Below, piece by piece: positions 9,703-20,248 of a stretch of 64,000 nucleotides of DNA; position 1 is the stretch's first letter; each line of letters starts with the position of its first letter. Source of the stretch: Candidatus Bathyarchaeia archaeon (GTDB taxonomy: Archaea > Thermoproteota > Bathyarchaeia > Bathyarchaeales > Bathycorpusculaceae); NCBI GenBank assembly GCA_049515895.1, contig JBEKTQ010000001.1:162535-226534 (forward strand), in the 5' to 3' direction. Below the pieces are notes generated by a model. The model ran no database searches, was not told where the DNA came from, and saw only the letters and a program-made list of their open reading frames with translations. The position numbers were made by a program, and so were the translations under genes.

Positions 9703-11037
9703 TTAGCTTTTCGCGAACTTTTCCGCTTGCTCAACTGAAGTGCCCAAGTAGTTTTTCGGGTTCAATGCCTCTTCGATTTCCGCTTCTGAAAGTTTCCCGC
9801 TTACGAATTTATCTTGCAGCAGGACCCGTTTGAAGTCTTTTTTCTCTGCTGTGCTTTGAATCGCTAGTTTACGCAGCAACTCATGGGCTTCTTGCCTGTT
9901 CACGCCTTTCTTTGTCAACGCCATCATTACCGCTTCGGACATAGCACGACCTTGAGTTAAATTTAGATTCTGCAGCATCCGCTGCTGGTCAACTCGCAAG
10001 TTCGCGATAACATCACACATCAAGCTAAGAATGTAGTCGAGGAGAATGTTTGATTCTGGAAAAATAAACCTTTCAGCAGACGACTGCGTTAAGTCTCTTT
10101 CATGCCAAGTTACCATGTTCTCCAACGATGGCGCAGTGAGGCTTCGGACGATTCGTGCCAAACCGCAAATGCGTTCGCATGTTTCTGGGTTCTGCTTGTG
10201 AGGCATAGTGGAGCTGCCGACCTGCTTGCTAGCTTCAAACGCCTCTGAAAGCTCGCCGATTTCTGGTCTCTGCAGTTCGCGGATTTCAGTTGCAAAATTC
10301 TCAAGCGAAGAAGCAACCATGGCGTAAATACATACTAGTTCAGCGTACCGGTCTCTTTGGACAATTTGGGTTGAAATCTCGGCGGGGCGAAGACTTACCT
10401 GTTTCATGACCAGGTCCTGAATTTGCTCTGCATGTTCGCCTAACCCAGCTTGGGTGCCGACTGCGCCGCTTATTTTGCCAATTAAAACCCGCTTTTTGCA
10501 CTCGTTTAAGCGTTCAATGTGCCTGTTGACTTCGTAGCCCCAAACCGCAAACTTGAAACCCAGAGTAATCGGCAAAGCATGTTGCCCATGGGTTCTACCA
10601 ATCATTACTGTTTCTTTGTGCTGACCGGCCTGCATTTGCAGAGTCCCCTTCAAATCCAAAAGCTTCTTCTCGATAAGAGCCATTGCGTCTTTCAGCTGTA
10701 ACGCATTGGCCGTGTCAACTACATCGTAGCTTGTTGCTCCCAAATGCACATATGCACCGCTTGACCCGCAAACCTCGGCGAGCGCTCGGACAAGCGAGGC
10801 GACGTCATGCTTTATTTCTTTTTCAATGGCCTTCACGCGGTCGACTTTAACGTATTTTGTGGAAGCCATTGTTGCGATTTTTTCCGCGTCTTTCTTTGGA
10901 ATGTTGCCTACTTCAGCGTGTGCTAAAGCTAGAGCGGCTTCGACCTGAAGCAGCTTCTGGATACGGTTTTCTTCCTGGAAAATTTTCAGCATTTCTGCAG
11001 TGCCGTAGCGGCCAGTATCTATCGGTAGGATTGGCAA
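9703..11037 (-). CDS. purB: Adenylosuccinate lyase
   Basis: HLGATSYD, GRTHGQHA, GSSTMPHKQNP. Confidence 0.95.
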   Translation of the reverse strand: MPILPIDTGRYGTAEMLKIFQEENRIQKLLQVEAALALAHAEVGNIPKKDAEKIATMASTKYVKVDRVKAIEKEIKHDVASLVRALAEVCGSSGAYVHLGATSYDVVDTANALQLKDAMALIEKKLLDLKGTLQMQAGQHKETVMIGRTHGQHALPITLGFKFAVWGYEVNRHIERLNECKKRVLIGKISGAVGTQAGLGEHAEQIQDLVMKQVSLRPAEISTQIVQRDRYAELVCIYAMVASSLENFATEIRELQRPEIGELSEAFEASKQVGSSTMPHKQNPETCERICGLARIVRSLTAPSLENMVTWHERDLTQSSAERFIFPESNILLDYILSLMCDVIANLRVDQQRMLQNLNLTQGRAMSEAVMMALTKKGVNRQEAHELLRKLAIQSTAEKKDFKRVLLQDKFVSGKLSEAEIEEALNPKNYLGTSVEQAEKFAKS

Positions 11038-11220
11038 GTTAGTGTTCCCTCAGGTTGAAGGATATGCCAGATTAAAGATTAATGTTTTGTCAAGTTAAAG
11101 AGCTGTTTGATGGGCCTTCCACTTTGTGCCACCGTTCAGATATACAAGAAAGGTGGAATGTGTTCCCGCCGCTGGCCGTTAATGGTTTGCTCCGAATGGG
11201 GGCATCTTGGAGTTGGTTCT

Positions 11221-11955
11221 CTACTTCCACTTTGTCAATATCTCTTCACGTCGGAAGGTAGCTATACTGAAGTAGAATAAAGCCAAGTCAACAAATAAAA
11301 TGGCAACGGAAATAATCAAGAGGTTCTCTGGGTTTAGTGTTATCACGCCTATCTCGCCCGCAAGGTAAATGACCATGAACGGAATGAACATAATGCCCCC
11401 AACCGAGTTGGCAGACCGGACATCACTCACTCTTGATGAGGCGATGATGCTCAATTCTATGCTCAATACTGCCGCAATTGGCACAAGCAGAAATATGACC
11501 GCGATGCTCCAGCTAGGATATAAAATGTAACCGAGCTCGCTATAGGTTAATCTGTCCATGAGCACCATGAAGATTGATAACCCAGACCACGATGCCAAGG
11601 CAGGAGGAATGAATGCCGCGATGCTCTTTCCTAGAAGGATCTCCCCGTCAGTCGTAGGCGTAGCAAGAAGTGGCTCAAGACTCTTTTCAACCTTTTCGCC
11701 TACTATGGCATATGAGGCAATCGCGCTGGGAAGCGTAGCTGCTGCAATCACGAAAAAGAAAGCGAATGCGTTCAGCAATCCTGGAAGAAAGGCAGCTGGT
11801 ATTCCTCCAGACTTGCTTTGTGCGTACAAGATGACTAGCGGAAAAAGAACGTCGAGAAGCAGAGGGAAAAATATAGTTCCAAGGATGATACTTCTCTTTC
11901 TCTTGAATATCTTGAGTTCTTTTGTTGCAATAATCCATGATGAGCTCAGGTTCAT
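11221..11955 (-). CDS. ABC-2 type transporter permease
   Basis: ~6 TM, IVGEKVEKSLEPLLATP...ILLGK. Confidence 0.88.
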   Translation of the reverse strand: MNLSSSWIIATKELKIFKRKRSIILGTIFFPLLLDVLFPLVILYAQSKSGGIPAAFLPGLLNAFAFFFVIAAATLPSAIASYAIVGEKVEKSLEPLLATPTTDGEILLGKSIAAFIPPALASWSGLSIFMVLMDRLTYSELGYILYPSWSIAVIFLLVPIAAVLSIELSIIASSRVSDVRSANSVGGIMFIPFMVIYLAGEIGVITLNPENLLIISVAILFVDLALFYFSIATFRREEILTKWK

Positions 11956-12873
11956 TCTTGCTCCCTCACAAGTTTCAAGTAAGCATCTTCAAGACTGCTG
12001 GTGGATACAAAAACAGTTTGAATGTTGCCTCCTGCCTCAACGATTGCTCGGATAATGGCGGGGTTTTCCTTGAATGGATTTGCAAGCTCAATAGTCAGTT
12101 TGCTGTCGTCGCGAGATACGTTTCCAAGGGATAGTTTCTTCACAGAATTTAATATTGAATCGTTTATTTGCTCTAACTGAATCACAGTTCTTCTAGCACC
12201 AACCGAACGCTCAAGTTCTTCGGGGGTGCCAATCGCCATCAGCCTTGTATTGAGTATGCCAATTCTGTCACAGATTCTTTGTGCCTCATCAAGATTGTGC
12301 GTGTTAAGAAAGATTGTCTTCTTCTCTTTTTTCAACTCAAGAATAAATTCCCTCACTGTCTTCGCCGATTCCGGGGTCCAAGTTTGCTGTCGGCTCATCC
12401 ATAAACAGAATTTCAGGGTCGTGAATGAGAGACCGCGCGATTGCGAGCTTTTGCTTCATTCCCTTGGAAAATGTTCCGGCCATCATGTCCCTCTTCTCCC
12501 ACAGCCCCAGCATTACGAGAAAGCGCTTGATGTTTTCCTTTCTCTTAGATTCTGTGCATTTGTATAACTTCCCGTAAAAGTCCAGATTTTCAAACGCTGT
12601 TAGACCTTCGTAGAGGCCTACGTTGTCTGGGACTAATCCAATAATTTTCCTTATTTTTAATGCGTCCTTCTCGTTCCCCACATCGTAATCTGCAACTCTC
12701 GCCGCGCCGCTTGTCTTCGAAATCAAGCAGCACAGCATCCTTACTGTCGTCGTCTTTCCAGCACCATTGGGTCCGAGGAAACCGAAAATCTCGCCGTCAT
12801 TAACGTGCAAAGTGAGACTTTCCACGGCAGTGAGGTCGCCAAATTTTCTGGTCAGGTTTTCAGTTTCAATCAT
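11952..12873 (-). pseudogene. ABC transporter ATPase split by a one-base frameshift near 12372 (pseudogene or sequencing error)
   Basis: GPNGAGKTT, FSKGMKQK, MDEPTANLDP in one frame; continues ESAKTVREF...NTHNLDEA in another; minus strand reads GAC CCC G GAA TCG. Confidence 0.85.
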
Positions 12874-13054
12874 TTGTTCTTGCCTGAAGGGCTGTTTCTG
12901 GCAATGTTTAGTATCTCCTTCTGAATAACCCCGTATATAAGTCTGAATCTTAAAACGTGCCACACTTTATCTTTTTACCTGATTTCCAATTAAGTTGGGC
13001 AGAAAATTAATATTATACGGTTGCCTATGGACTTTGGAAACGTTGGTATAAATT

Positions 13055-13270
13055 ATGAGTTTTGGAACTTCTAAAGCGTTCGGCGGCATTCAGGAAGCGT
13101 TCATCTTAGCCTTAATGCTTGTGTCTGTTTTTGCGGTTTTGTACATTAATATGAGTATCATGTTCAAGGTAAGCATTGTAGCTATTGTGTTCTCAATGAT
13201 TTTCTTGATGACAATTGCCTCTCAAATTCTGCGGGAACAAAAAGAGACACGCAAGCAACAGCAAGCCTAA
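13055..13270 (+). CDS. Small two-TM membrane protein
   Basis: Two hydrophobic helices and a charged tail; upstream TATA-like sequence. Confidence 0.65.
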   Translation: MSFGTSKAFGGIQEAFILALMLVSVFAVLYINMSIMFKVSIVAIVFSMIFLMTIASQILREQKETRKQQQA

Positions 13271-13388
13271 ACTTTTCAAGTTTTTCACTTTCAGTGCCCC
13301 CTTCCCTCTGCCCAAATGTCGTTTGGACGATGCTTTAAAAAGGGTTTAACGCCGTAGTGCCGTCCATGAACAGGAGTGCAAAAGTGGA

Positions 13389-14108
13389 ATGATGCAGAAT
13401 TTAATGACGAAGCCTGCCATGGCGCAACCGCTGCTTTCTTTAAACATGCCCAGTGTAGATGAGCTTTTTCCAGGGTTTGCTCCAGGCGACTTCGCGGTCC
13501 TTTACGGGTCACCGTCAGTTATTTCGTTGACTTCTCTACTTTGCATCCGAGCGCAGCTGCCAGCGCAGCTTGGCGGCTTAGGAAGCAACGTTGTCTTTGT
13601 CGACGGCGGAAACACGTTTAGGCTGTACAAAATTGCCCGTTTAGCTCAGCTTCATCAGCTTGACCCACGGGAAGTGCTTGGACGCATCTTTATTTCACGA
13701 GCATTCACCGCTTACCAGCTGACTTCCCTTATACTTGATAAACTTGAAGAAACCGTGAAAAAATACGATGCTAAACTCGTAGTGATTTCCGACATAGCGG
13801 GATTCTTCTTAGACAACGACGTCGCTCATGAAGAAGCGCAGAGGATTTACAGCCAAATCGTCAGTTACCTTTCAAGCTTTGCTCGAAAACACCGAATAGT
13901 CGTTGTTGCAACTTACCTCCCCTTCTCTGACAGCCGAAGAAACACTTTGCTTCAAGAAATAACCTGCGCCAGAGCAAATACCGTTCTATCTTTCAGCAAA
14001 ACCACATACACGCGGGAAGTAACCCTGGAGAAACACCCGTCCTTTGTCTTAGGCACCGCTGAGCTTCCATCCGAAAATTTAACATTAACCGACTTCATGG
14101 GTGCTTGA
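13389..14108 (+). CDS. RadA/Rad51-like paralog with degenerate Walker A
   Basis: SVDELFPGF, QLPAQLGGL, FVDGGNTF, ISRAFTAYQL; Walker A reads YGSPSVISL. Confidence 0.8.
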   Translation: MMQNLMTKPAMAQPLLSLNMPSVDELFPGFAPGDFAVLYGSPSVISLTSLLCIRAQLPAQLGGLGSNVVFVDGGNTFRLYKIARLAQLHQLDPREVLGRIFISRAFTAYQLTSLILDKLEETVKKYDAKLVVISDIAGFFLDNDVAHEEAQRIYSQIVSYLSSFARKHRIVVVATYLPFSDSRRNTLLQEITCARANTVLSFSKTTYTREVTLEKHPSFVLGTAELPSENLTLTDFMGA

Positions 14109-14451
14109 CAGCCGCCGGTACAAAACCAAGGTTTCAGGCTTGCAGATTTGGGTGGCGATTAGCTGTTAAGGCTATTAAACATGTCTTGAGTGGCCGACTC
14201 CGGCAGTTTGAGTTCTAACTTTATAACTTGAGAGCACAAAAAATTGTAGAATTCGTTAGACATCTCCATTCTGGTTCTTGCTTCTTTCGGCTTCATCAGT
14301 TTCTCACTTTTTCTTGTGTCCTATTGAGTTTAAGAATTTTATCCTCAAGAACTGTCAGTTTGCTACATAGGCTTTCTTGTCGCTTCAGCGTTGGCTTAAT
14401 TTTGTCAGCGTTCAAATACTGCTTTTGCATATTGGGATGGGAGGCATGGAA

Positions 14452-14994
14452 ATGGCTTCATGGATGGAGTACTTCGTTTGGACCATGTTCAGGCTAGCGA
14501 GGAAGCTGCGGCTAATGAGAATCCTCCGTTTCGGGACTTCAACCCATATGTTTCTAGATTATTTCAAGGGATTCGAAAAAAATCAGGCTGTGCGCGGCAT
14601 TTTCGGCGATGCAACAGACGAGGTACTGAAGAACCTGAAAATCCAATTTACCTGGTTCGGGTACATGGGCGTCGACGACAACGACGGGCACTTAATGGTT
14701 AACAAAACTTACTTGAACAAGGGCGATAAAACCGACATTTATCTGGATGTGGTCCATGAACTGTGCCATGTTAAGCAGCATCTGGAGGGGAAAGAACTGT
14801 TTAAGCTTGGATACGATTACGTGGACAGACCCACTGAAGTAGAAGCTTACCGATACACGGTGAAAGAGGCTCGGCGGCTGGGACTAAGCGACAAGAGAAT
14901 TCTCAGTTACTTGCAGACTGAGTGGATGAGCAAAGAAGATTTGGAGCGGCTTGTCAAGAATATAGGAATCGACCTTAATATTGCCAAGAGTTAG
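14452..14994 (+). CDS. Hypothetical zincin-like protein (HExxH); start uncertain (14452 or 14548)
   Basis: VVHELCHVKQ...RPTEVEAY. Confidence 0.65.
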   Translation: MASWMEYFVWTMFRLARKLRLMRILRFGTSTHMFLDYFKGFEKNQAVRGIFGDATDEVLKNLKIQFTWFGYMGVDDNDGHLMVNKTYLNKGDKTDIYLDVVHELCHVKQHLEGKELFKLGYDYVDRPTEVEAYRYTVKEARRLGLSDKRILSYLQTEWMSKEDLERLVKNIGIDLNIAKS

Positions 14995-15063
14995 CGGAAA
15001 CAGTAATGGCTTATTAAGGAAAAACTGAAAACCATTCTTCTTTGTGAATGTTTTGAAAAAGGT

Positions 15064-15864
15064 TTATTGCGAGAATAGTTTCTCGTAGGGTCTTTTTGAA
15101 ACTGGTAGTATCTTCTTGAATTTACGCGACATGATTTCTTTTGGGTCAGCTCCGAAGTGGCTGCAGTACTCTTTGACGAGAGCTTCAATCGTTTTGAGGT
15201 CCCGTTTTCCCGCATCCAATGTTTTGGTTCCGTTGACTGGTTCCAGAATTTCGCCGCGTTCATAGATGACTCCGCCATGCATTCCTGTTCCGACAAATTT
15301 AGCTTTGCATTTTTCGCCTTCTTTGAGGTTCAGTCCGAGAATGACCATTACTCCGCCCGCCATGTACTCCGCTAAGAAATCGCCTGCCGTTTGTCCGACG
15401 ACGATTTGTGGAATTTTGCGTCGGAACTCTTTCATGTGTATGCCGACTCTGTAGCCTACGTAGTCTCTGACAAAGATTTTTCCTCCCCTCATTGAATTTC
15501 CCGTTACGTCTCCAGCGTGTCCATGTATGATGATTTGCCCCTCGTTCATCGTGTTGCCTGAACCATCCTGCGCGTTGCCGTGAATCACCAGTTTGGGTCC
15601 GTTCATGAATGCGCCGAGGTCGTTTCCCGGGGTTCCGTAAACGTCGATTTGGATGTTTGTGTCAAGGTCGGTGCCGATGTACCGTTGTCCGCAGACGTTG
15701 TGTATCTCTATTCTTTCCACACCTATGCAGATTGCCTGTCTAAGCAGGGCGTTTAACTCCCTGTAGTAGAGCCCTTCAGCGTTGATTTTTAGCACGCTGT
15801 CCTCTTGTTTCGTGTATTGAAGGTATTTTGCGTCGATTTCCACTTTGTTTTTTTGTTCAAGCAT
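15064..15864 (-). CDS. gltB3: Glutamate synthase domain 3 (GXGXG) subunit
   Basis: Repeated G.PGNDLGAFM.G, GNAQDG.GNTM..G, GDFLAEYMAGG. Confidence 0.9.
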   Translation of the reverse strand: MLEQKNKVEIDAKYLQYTKQEDSVLKINAEGLYYRELNALLRQAICIGVERIEIHNVCGQRYIGTDLDTNIQIDVYGTPGNDLGAFMNGPKLVIHGNAQDGSGNTMNEGQIIIHGHAGDVTGNSMRGGKIFVRDYVGYRVGIHMKEFRRKIPQIVVGQTAGDFLAEYMAGGVMVILGLNLKEGEKCKAKFVGTGMHGGVIYERGEILEPVNGTKTLDAGKRDLKTIEALVKEYCSHFGADPKEIMSRKFKKILPVSKRPYEKLFSQ

Positions 15865-15868
15865 GTAT

Positions 15869-17380
15869 TTATTCTCCAGCCATTTTTACGCCCAATATCC
15901 TCAGTTCAGTACGGCTTAACCCGACGCCTCTTAGCGCAAGTCGGTTGCCTCGTAAGCTTTCGATGGCGTTAATTCCCATGCCGCCCATCATGTCTTTAAT
16001 CTCAACGCTCCAGCTGTTAAGCAGATTAACGAGCCGTTTGGAGGCAATGTCGGGGTTTATACGTTTACTAATCCATGGGTCACTTGTAGCGATACCCCAT
16101 GGGCACTTGCCCGTATGGCAGCGTTGACAAACGGTGCAACCCATAGCTATCAAAGCAGCAGTGGCAATGTACACTGCGTCAGCGCCAAGAGCTATGGCTT
16201 TGAACACGTCGGCGCTGCTTCTGAAACCACCTGCTGCCACCACGGATGCCTGATTACGGATGCCTTCTTCGCGAAGCCGCTGGTCGACTTGTGCAATTGC
16301 CAACTCTATAGGTATGCCCACGTTGTCCCTGATTACTTTGGGTGCTGCGCCAGTTGCGCCTCTCACACCATCAAGAGCGATGACGTCCGCTCCAGCGCGA
16401 ACCATGCCGCTGGCGATTGCTGCTGAATTGTGAACTGCGGCGATTTTGACTGAAATAGGCTTAGTGTAGTTTGTTGCTTCTTTAAGTGCGTAGATCAACT
16501 GGCGTAGGTCCTCGATTGAGTAGATGTCGTGTTGAGGGTAAGGCGAAAGTGCATCTGTTCCTGTTGGTATCATGCGTGTTCTAGCTACGTGCTCGGTTAC
16601 TTTTTCGCCTGGCAAATGTCCGCCTATGCCTGGTTTTGCGCCTTGACCGATCTTGATTTCCACGGCTGCGCCAGCGTTGAGGTATTTGGGGTGGACTCCA
16701 AACCTTCCCGATGCCACTTGGACGATGGCGTGAGCGCCGTACTTGTAGAGACTCTGGTCTAAGCCGCCTTCTCCTGTGTTAAAGTAGGTGCCGCATTCAG
16801 TAGCCGCCCTCGCGAGGGATTCATGCACGTTTAAGCTTATGGCGCCGTAAGACATGGCTGAGAACATTATCGGAGTGTCGAGGCAAAGCTGCGGAGCAAG
16901 CTTGGTCTTCAGGACTGTTTCCCCATTTTCCATTTCCAACTCAACCTTGTCCGGTTTCGCGCCAAGATAGGTCCTGATCTCCATCGGTTCGCGCAACGGG
17001 TCAATTGACGGGTTAGTGACTTGGCTAGCGTTGAGCAGCAGGCGGTCCCAGTAAGTGTAATCTGGTTTGTCGCAGCCCATGCCTGTCAAGATTACTGCGC
17101 CACTTTCAGCCTGCTTCTTAAGATCCCGTATGGCTTCCAGCGTCCAGTTCGCGTTTTCTCTGTTGGCGTTAGGGTTCTTTCTTACAGTAATTGCATGCGT
17201 TGGGCAGAAGGTTACGCAGCGTTGGCAATTAACGCAGTTCTCCTCCTTGCTGCAAACTGTGTCTGTTTCTTCATCGTAGTAGTGGGTGTCGTATGTGCAT
17301 TGGTTAACGCATACCTTGCAGCGTATGCACCGGTTTTGGTCCCTTTCAACAATGTACTCGGGGATTACGTAAGTTTTCAT
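15869..17380 (-). CDS. gltB2: Glutamate synthase FMN-binding subunit with N-terminal 2x[4Fe-4S] domain
   Basis: AMSYGAIS, NTGEGG, QVASGRFG, KIGQGAKPGIGGHLPG, CTVCQRCHTGKCPWGI. Confidence 0.93.
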   Translation of the reverse strand: MKTYVIPEYIVERDQNRCIRCKVCVNQCTYDTHYYDEETDTVCSKEENCVNCQRCVTFCPTHAITVRKNPNANRENANWTLEAIRDLKKQAESGAVILTGMGCDKPDYTYWDRLLLNASQVTNPSIDPLREPMEIRTYLGAKPDKVELEMENGETVLKTKLAPQLCLDTPIMFSAMSYGAISLNVHESLARAATECGTYFNTGEGGLDQSLYKYGAHAIVQVASGRFGVHPKYLNAGAAVEIKIGQGAKPGIGGHLPGEKVTEHVARTRMIPTGTDALSPYPQHDIYSIEDLRQLIYALKEATNYTKPISVKIAAVHNSAAIASGMVRAGADVIALDGVRGATGAAPKVIRDNVGIPIELAIAQVDQRLREEGIRNQASVVAAGGFRSSADVFKAIALGADAVYIATAALIAMGCTVCQRCHTGKCPWGIATSDPWISKRINPDIASKRLVNLLNSWSVEIKDMMGGMGINAIESLRGNRLALRGVGLSRTELRILGVKMAGE

Positions 17381-18519
17381 TGATTTTGTCCTCCCTCTAA
17401 AACATCAACCGTTTCAGTTTCACCGTTTTTGAGTCTGCACACGACTGGTTCTCCGCCTCTTGGAGCCCAGAACTTGTCGAGCTGCGGAGAAACCAACCGC
17501 ATGGCTGATTCTTCTGACGACAGATAGATGTAGTCGCCGTTTGTGCCAGCTACCAACGGTCGAAGCTTGATTCTGTCGGTCAACCCTATCATCTCCCCGT
17601 GGTGAGCGACGACAATGCTAAATGGTCCATTCATTAGTAAGCTGCCGTAGGTTTGACGCAGAGTTCTGAGTAGCTGAGCTTTTTGGGGCTCCATCTGGTC
17701 GATTTCGTCCCATAGCGGCGCCGCAAGGATTTGGGCTACAAGCTCGATTGGCAGGTTTTGTTTTCGCATGAGCAAGTCTACAGCGTAAGCTAATACTTCG
17801 GTGTCTGTTTGCATGGTGCACTTGTAACCGTACATTTCCAGGTAGCGTCGGTTTATGCCGTAGGATGAGAGTTCACCGTTGTGAATTACTGTCCAGTCCA
17901 GTATGTTAAATGGGTGCGCCCCTCCCCACCAGCCAGGCGTGTTCGTGGGGAACCTGCTGTGGCATGACCAGAGGTATCCTTGGTAATCTTCAAGGCAGAA
18001 GAAGTCTGCTACATCTTCAGGGAAGCCTACACCTTTGAATACACCCATGTCTTTGCCGCTTGAGAAAACAAACGCTTTCCCCGTTTCTGTGTTTATACGC
18101 ATGACAGTTTCAATTATGTAGTCTTCTTCGGTTTGGTTTTTAGGTCTGATTTTTTTGGGTTGAACGAAGTAACGCCAAACCAGCGGCGGATTATGAACAT
18201 CAGCTGGTTTTGTCTGCATTTCTTCATCGTAGATCATGTCAAATTTCGAAGCGAGTATACGGTTGGTTTCTTCTTTCGCGTCTTTGCTTAGGTACATTAT
18301 GTGGAACGCGTAGTAATCTTTGAAGTCTGGGTATATGCCGTAAACCGCGAAGCCGCCGCCTAACCCGTTGCCGCGGTCATGCATGTTCCTAACTGCACGC
18401 ACGGGATCTTTTGAGCTGAAACGTTTGCGTTCTGTGTTCATCATTCCGAAGATGGCGCAGCCTGAGAAGTCCTTGTCGTCACCGAAAGGATTGATCGTTT
18501 TTTGATCTTGCATGTTCAT
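17377..18519 (-). CDS. gltB1: Class II glutamine amidotransferase (glutamate synthase domain 1)
   Basis: GCAIFG, HSRFPTNT, AHPF, HNGE, TDTEV, DRIKLRP. Confidence 0.9.
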   Translation of the reverse strand: MNMQDQKTINPFGDDKDFSGCAIFGMMNTERKRFSSKDPVRAVRNMHDRGNGLGGGFAVYGIYPDFKDYYAFHIMYLSKDAKEETNRILASKFDMIYDEEMQTKPADVHNPPLVWRYFVQPKKIRPKNQTEEDYIIETVMRINTETGKAFVFSSGKDMGVFKGVGFPEDVADFFCLEDYQGYLWSCHSRFPTNTPGWWGGAHPFNILDWTVIHNGELSSYGINRRYLEMYGYKCTMQTDTEVLAYAVDLLMRKQNLPIELVAQILAAPLWDEIDQMEPQKAQLLRTLRQTYGSLLMNGPFSIVVAHHGEMIGLTDRIKLRPLVAGTNGDYIYLSSEESAMRLVSPQLDKFWAPRGGEPVVCRLKNGETETVDVLEGGQNQ

Positions 18520-18520
18520 T

Positions 18521-19801
18521 TTATTGCACCACCTTCATTTTTCTCTGCAGAGTAACTGGCAACGCTGCCCAGCTGAAGTCGTCCGCCAGAAGTTGCAACT
18601 TAAATTTTTTCACGTTTACCGCATTCTTCATCAAATAGAACAGTATGCCTGCTCGTTCAATCGAGTTAACAAGAGTCATGCCCAAGATAACATTGTCCTT
18701 GAGAACCAACTTTTTGTAAATGTTGTGTTCAGAATCAAGTTTAACAAGGACTTCCAACGCGGGGTCATCTTTAGGATTAGCCAAGCCCACGGAGACAACG
18801 GGGATGCCGAAGTACTTGAGGCTGCTCATATTTGTGCCGCCAGCATAGGTGCTTTTTTTGCCCGCCATGTTGCAACCTGCAACCTGACCTTCCAACACCG
18901 CAAGAGGCCAAAGAGGCAAAAGACGGTTCTGGTTGAGAACGAAGTCATAAGCTTCAGCTACGTCGCCGCTGGCGTAAACGTCAGGGACACTTGTCTGCAT
19001 CATACTGTCAACTACGATTCCCCTATTAGTTTTCACGGCTGTTCCCGCAACCAATTCAAGCCGCGGAATGACGCCGATTGCTACAACAACAAGGTCGCAG
19101 GGCACTTGGTCACCTTTGGTTAAGACTACTCCGCCGACTACGCTGTCGTTGCCTGGTTTGCCTATGATTTTCTGAACCGACTGTCCGGTAATGATGTCTA
19201 CGCCTGCTTTTCGAACAACGGCTTCCACAATGTCTGAGCCTTTAGGATCCAAGAGCAGACTTAGAATTTTATCTTGCAATTCAACCATGGTAACCTTTAA
19301 GCCACGTTTCACAAGGGCTTCGGCTACGCTTATACCGATGAGTCCTGCGCCTATAACCACTGCTGATTTAGCGTTTATGCTCGCGATTTTAGCTGCAAGG
19401 AACTGGGCGTCCTTAAGGGTTGTGAAGGTGAAAACGCCATCTTTGTCTGAGCCTTCCATCTTGGGGACGAATGGTTTGCCGCCAGTTGCAATAAGCAGTT
19501 TTTCGTAAGGAATTTTTTCGCCGCTTTCAAGTTGGACGGCTTTTTCCTCAAAGTTTATGGTTGTAACTTTCTTGCCTATGACTGCTTCCACGTTGTTTTC
19601 TTTCCAGAAATCCTCGGTTCGGCAATCAACTTTTTTGATGTCTGCTTTGCCGCTGACAAAATCGCTAATCATTGGACGGCTGTAATGAGAGCATGTTTCC
19701 TCGGTGATTACAGTTAGAGTTCCAACTGCGTCTACTTCTCTTATGGCTTCGACTGCGCCTATGCCTGCCGCGGAAGCGCCTACAATCACGTACTTTGCCA
19801 T
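18521..19801 (-). CDS. FAD/NAD(P)-dependent oxidoreductase (NirB-N/rubredoxin reductase-like)
   Basis: VIVGASAAG, LLIATGG, VIGAGLIG, TSVPDVYASGD. Confidence 0.9.
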   Translation of the reverse strand: MAKYVIVGASAAGIGAVEAIREVDAVGTLTVITEETCSHYSRPMISDFVSGKADIKKVDCRTEDFWKENNVEAVIGKKVTTINFEEKAVQLESGEKIPYEKLLIATGGKPFVPKMEGSDKDGVFTFTTLKDAQFLAAKIASINAKSAVVIGAGLIGISVAEALVKRGLKVTMVELQDKILSLLLDPKGSDIVEAVVRKAGVDIITGQSVQKIIGKPGNDSVVGGVVLTKGDQVPCDLVVVAIGVIPRLELVAGTAVKTNRGIVVDSMMQTSVPDVYASGDVAEAYDFVLNQNRLLPLWPLAVLEGQVAGCNMAGKKSTYAGGTNMSSLKYFGIPVVSVGLANPKDDPALEVLVKLDSEHNIYKKLVLKDNVILGMTLVNSIERAGILFYLMKNAVNVKKFKLQLLADDFSWAALPVTLQRKMKVVQ

Positions 19802-20248
19802 TTAAGGTTTCACCTCTTTGAAAACCAGTGCTTCGTTGGGACAGTTGGCGACGCATGCCGGCTCGTCGAAGCCTTGGCATAAATCGCACTTGGTGACCAC
19901 GTGGCCTTCTTTATCCATTATTATGGCGCCGTATGGGCAAACCATTATGCAAGTCCAGCAGCCCATGCATTTCTGTGGGTCATGAGTGACCAAGCCTGTT
20001 TTCTGGTCTTTCCGCATCGCGCCTGATAGACAGGCGGTTACGCAGGGGGCGTCTTCGCAGTGTCTGCACTGGATAGCGAATGAGACTGGCTTGTTTCGTT
20101 CTACTCTTACTCTGCTTACAGGTTTGGGGCGTTCGCTATTGTAGGCTTTGATTATGTCTTTTGATTTTGAATGTTGGACTGTGCAGTATACTTCGCATAG
20201 GCCGCAGCCCATGCAGTTTTCTTGTTTTGCAACTATTCTTTTAGCCAT
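19802..20248 (-). CDS. 4x[4Fe-4S] electron-transfer protein (CooF/HydN-like)
   Basis: CMGCGLCEVYC, CRHCEDAPCVTAC, CMGCWTCIMVCP, KCDLC...PACVANCP. Confidence 0.92.
   Translation of the reverse strand: MAKRIVAKQENCMGCGLCEVYCTVQHSKSKDIIKAYNSERPKPVSRVRVERNKPVSFAIQCRHCEDAPCVTACLSGAMRKDQKTGLVTHDPQKCMGCWTCIMVCPYGAIIMDKEGHVVTKCDLCQGFDEPACVANCPNEALVFKEVKP

Noticed and set aside
11107-11160. TTCCACTTT/AAGGTGGAA inverted repeat upstream of purB as a purine riboswitch
   Set aside because: Single short stem with no recognisable aptamer core.
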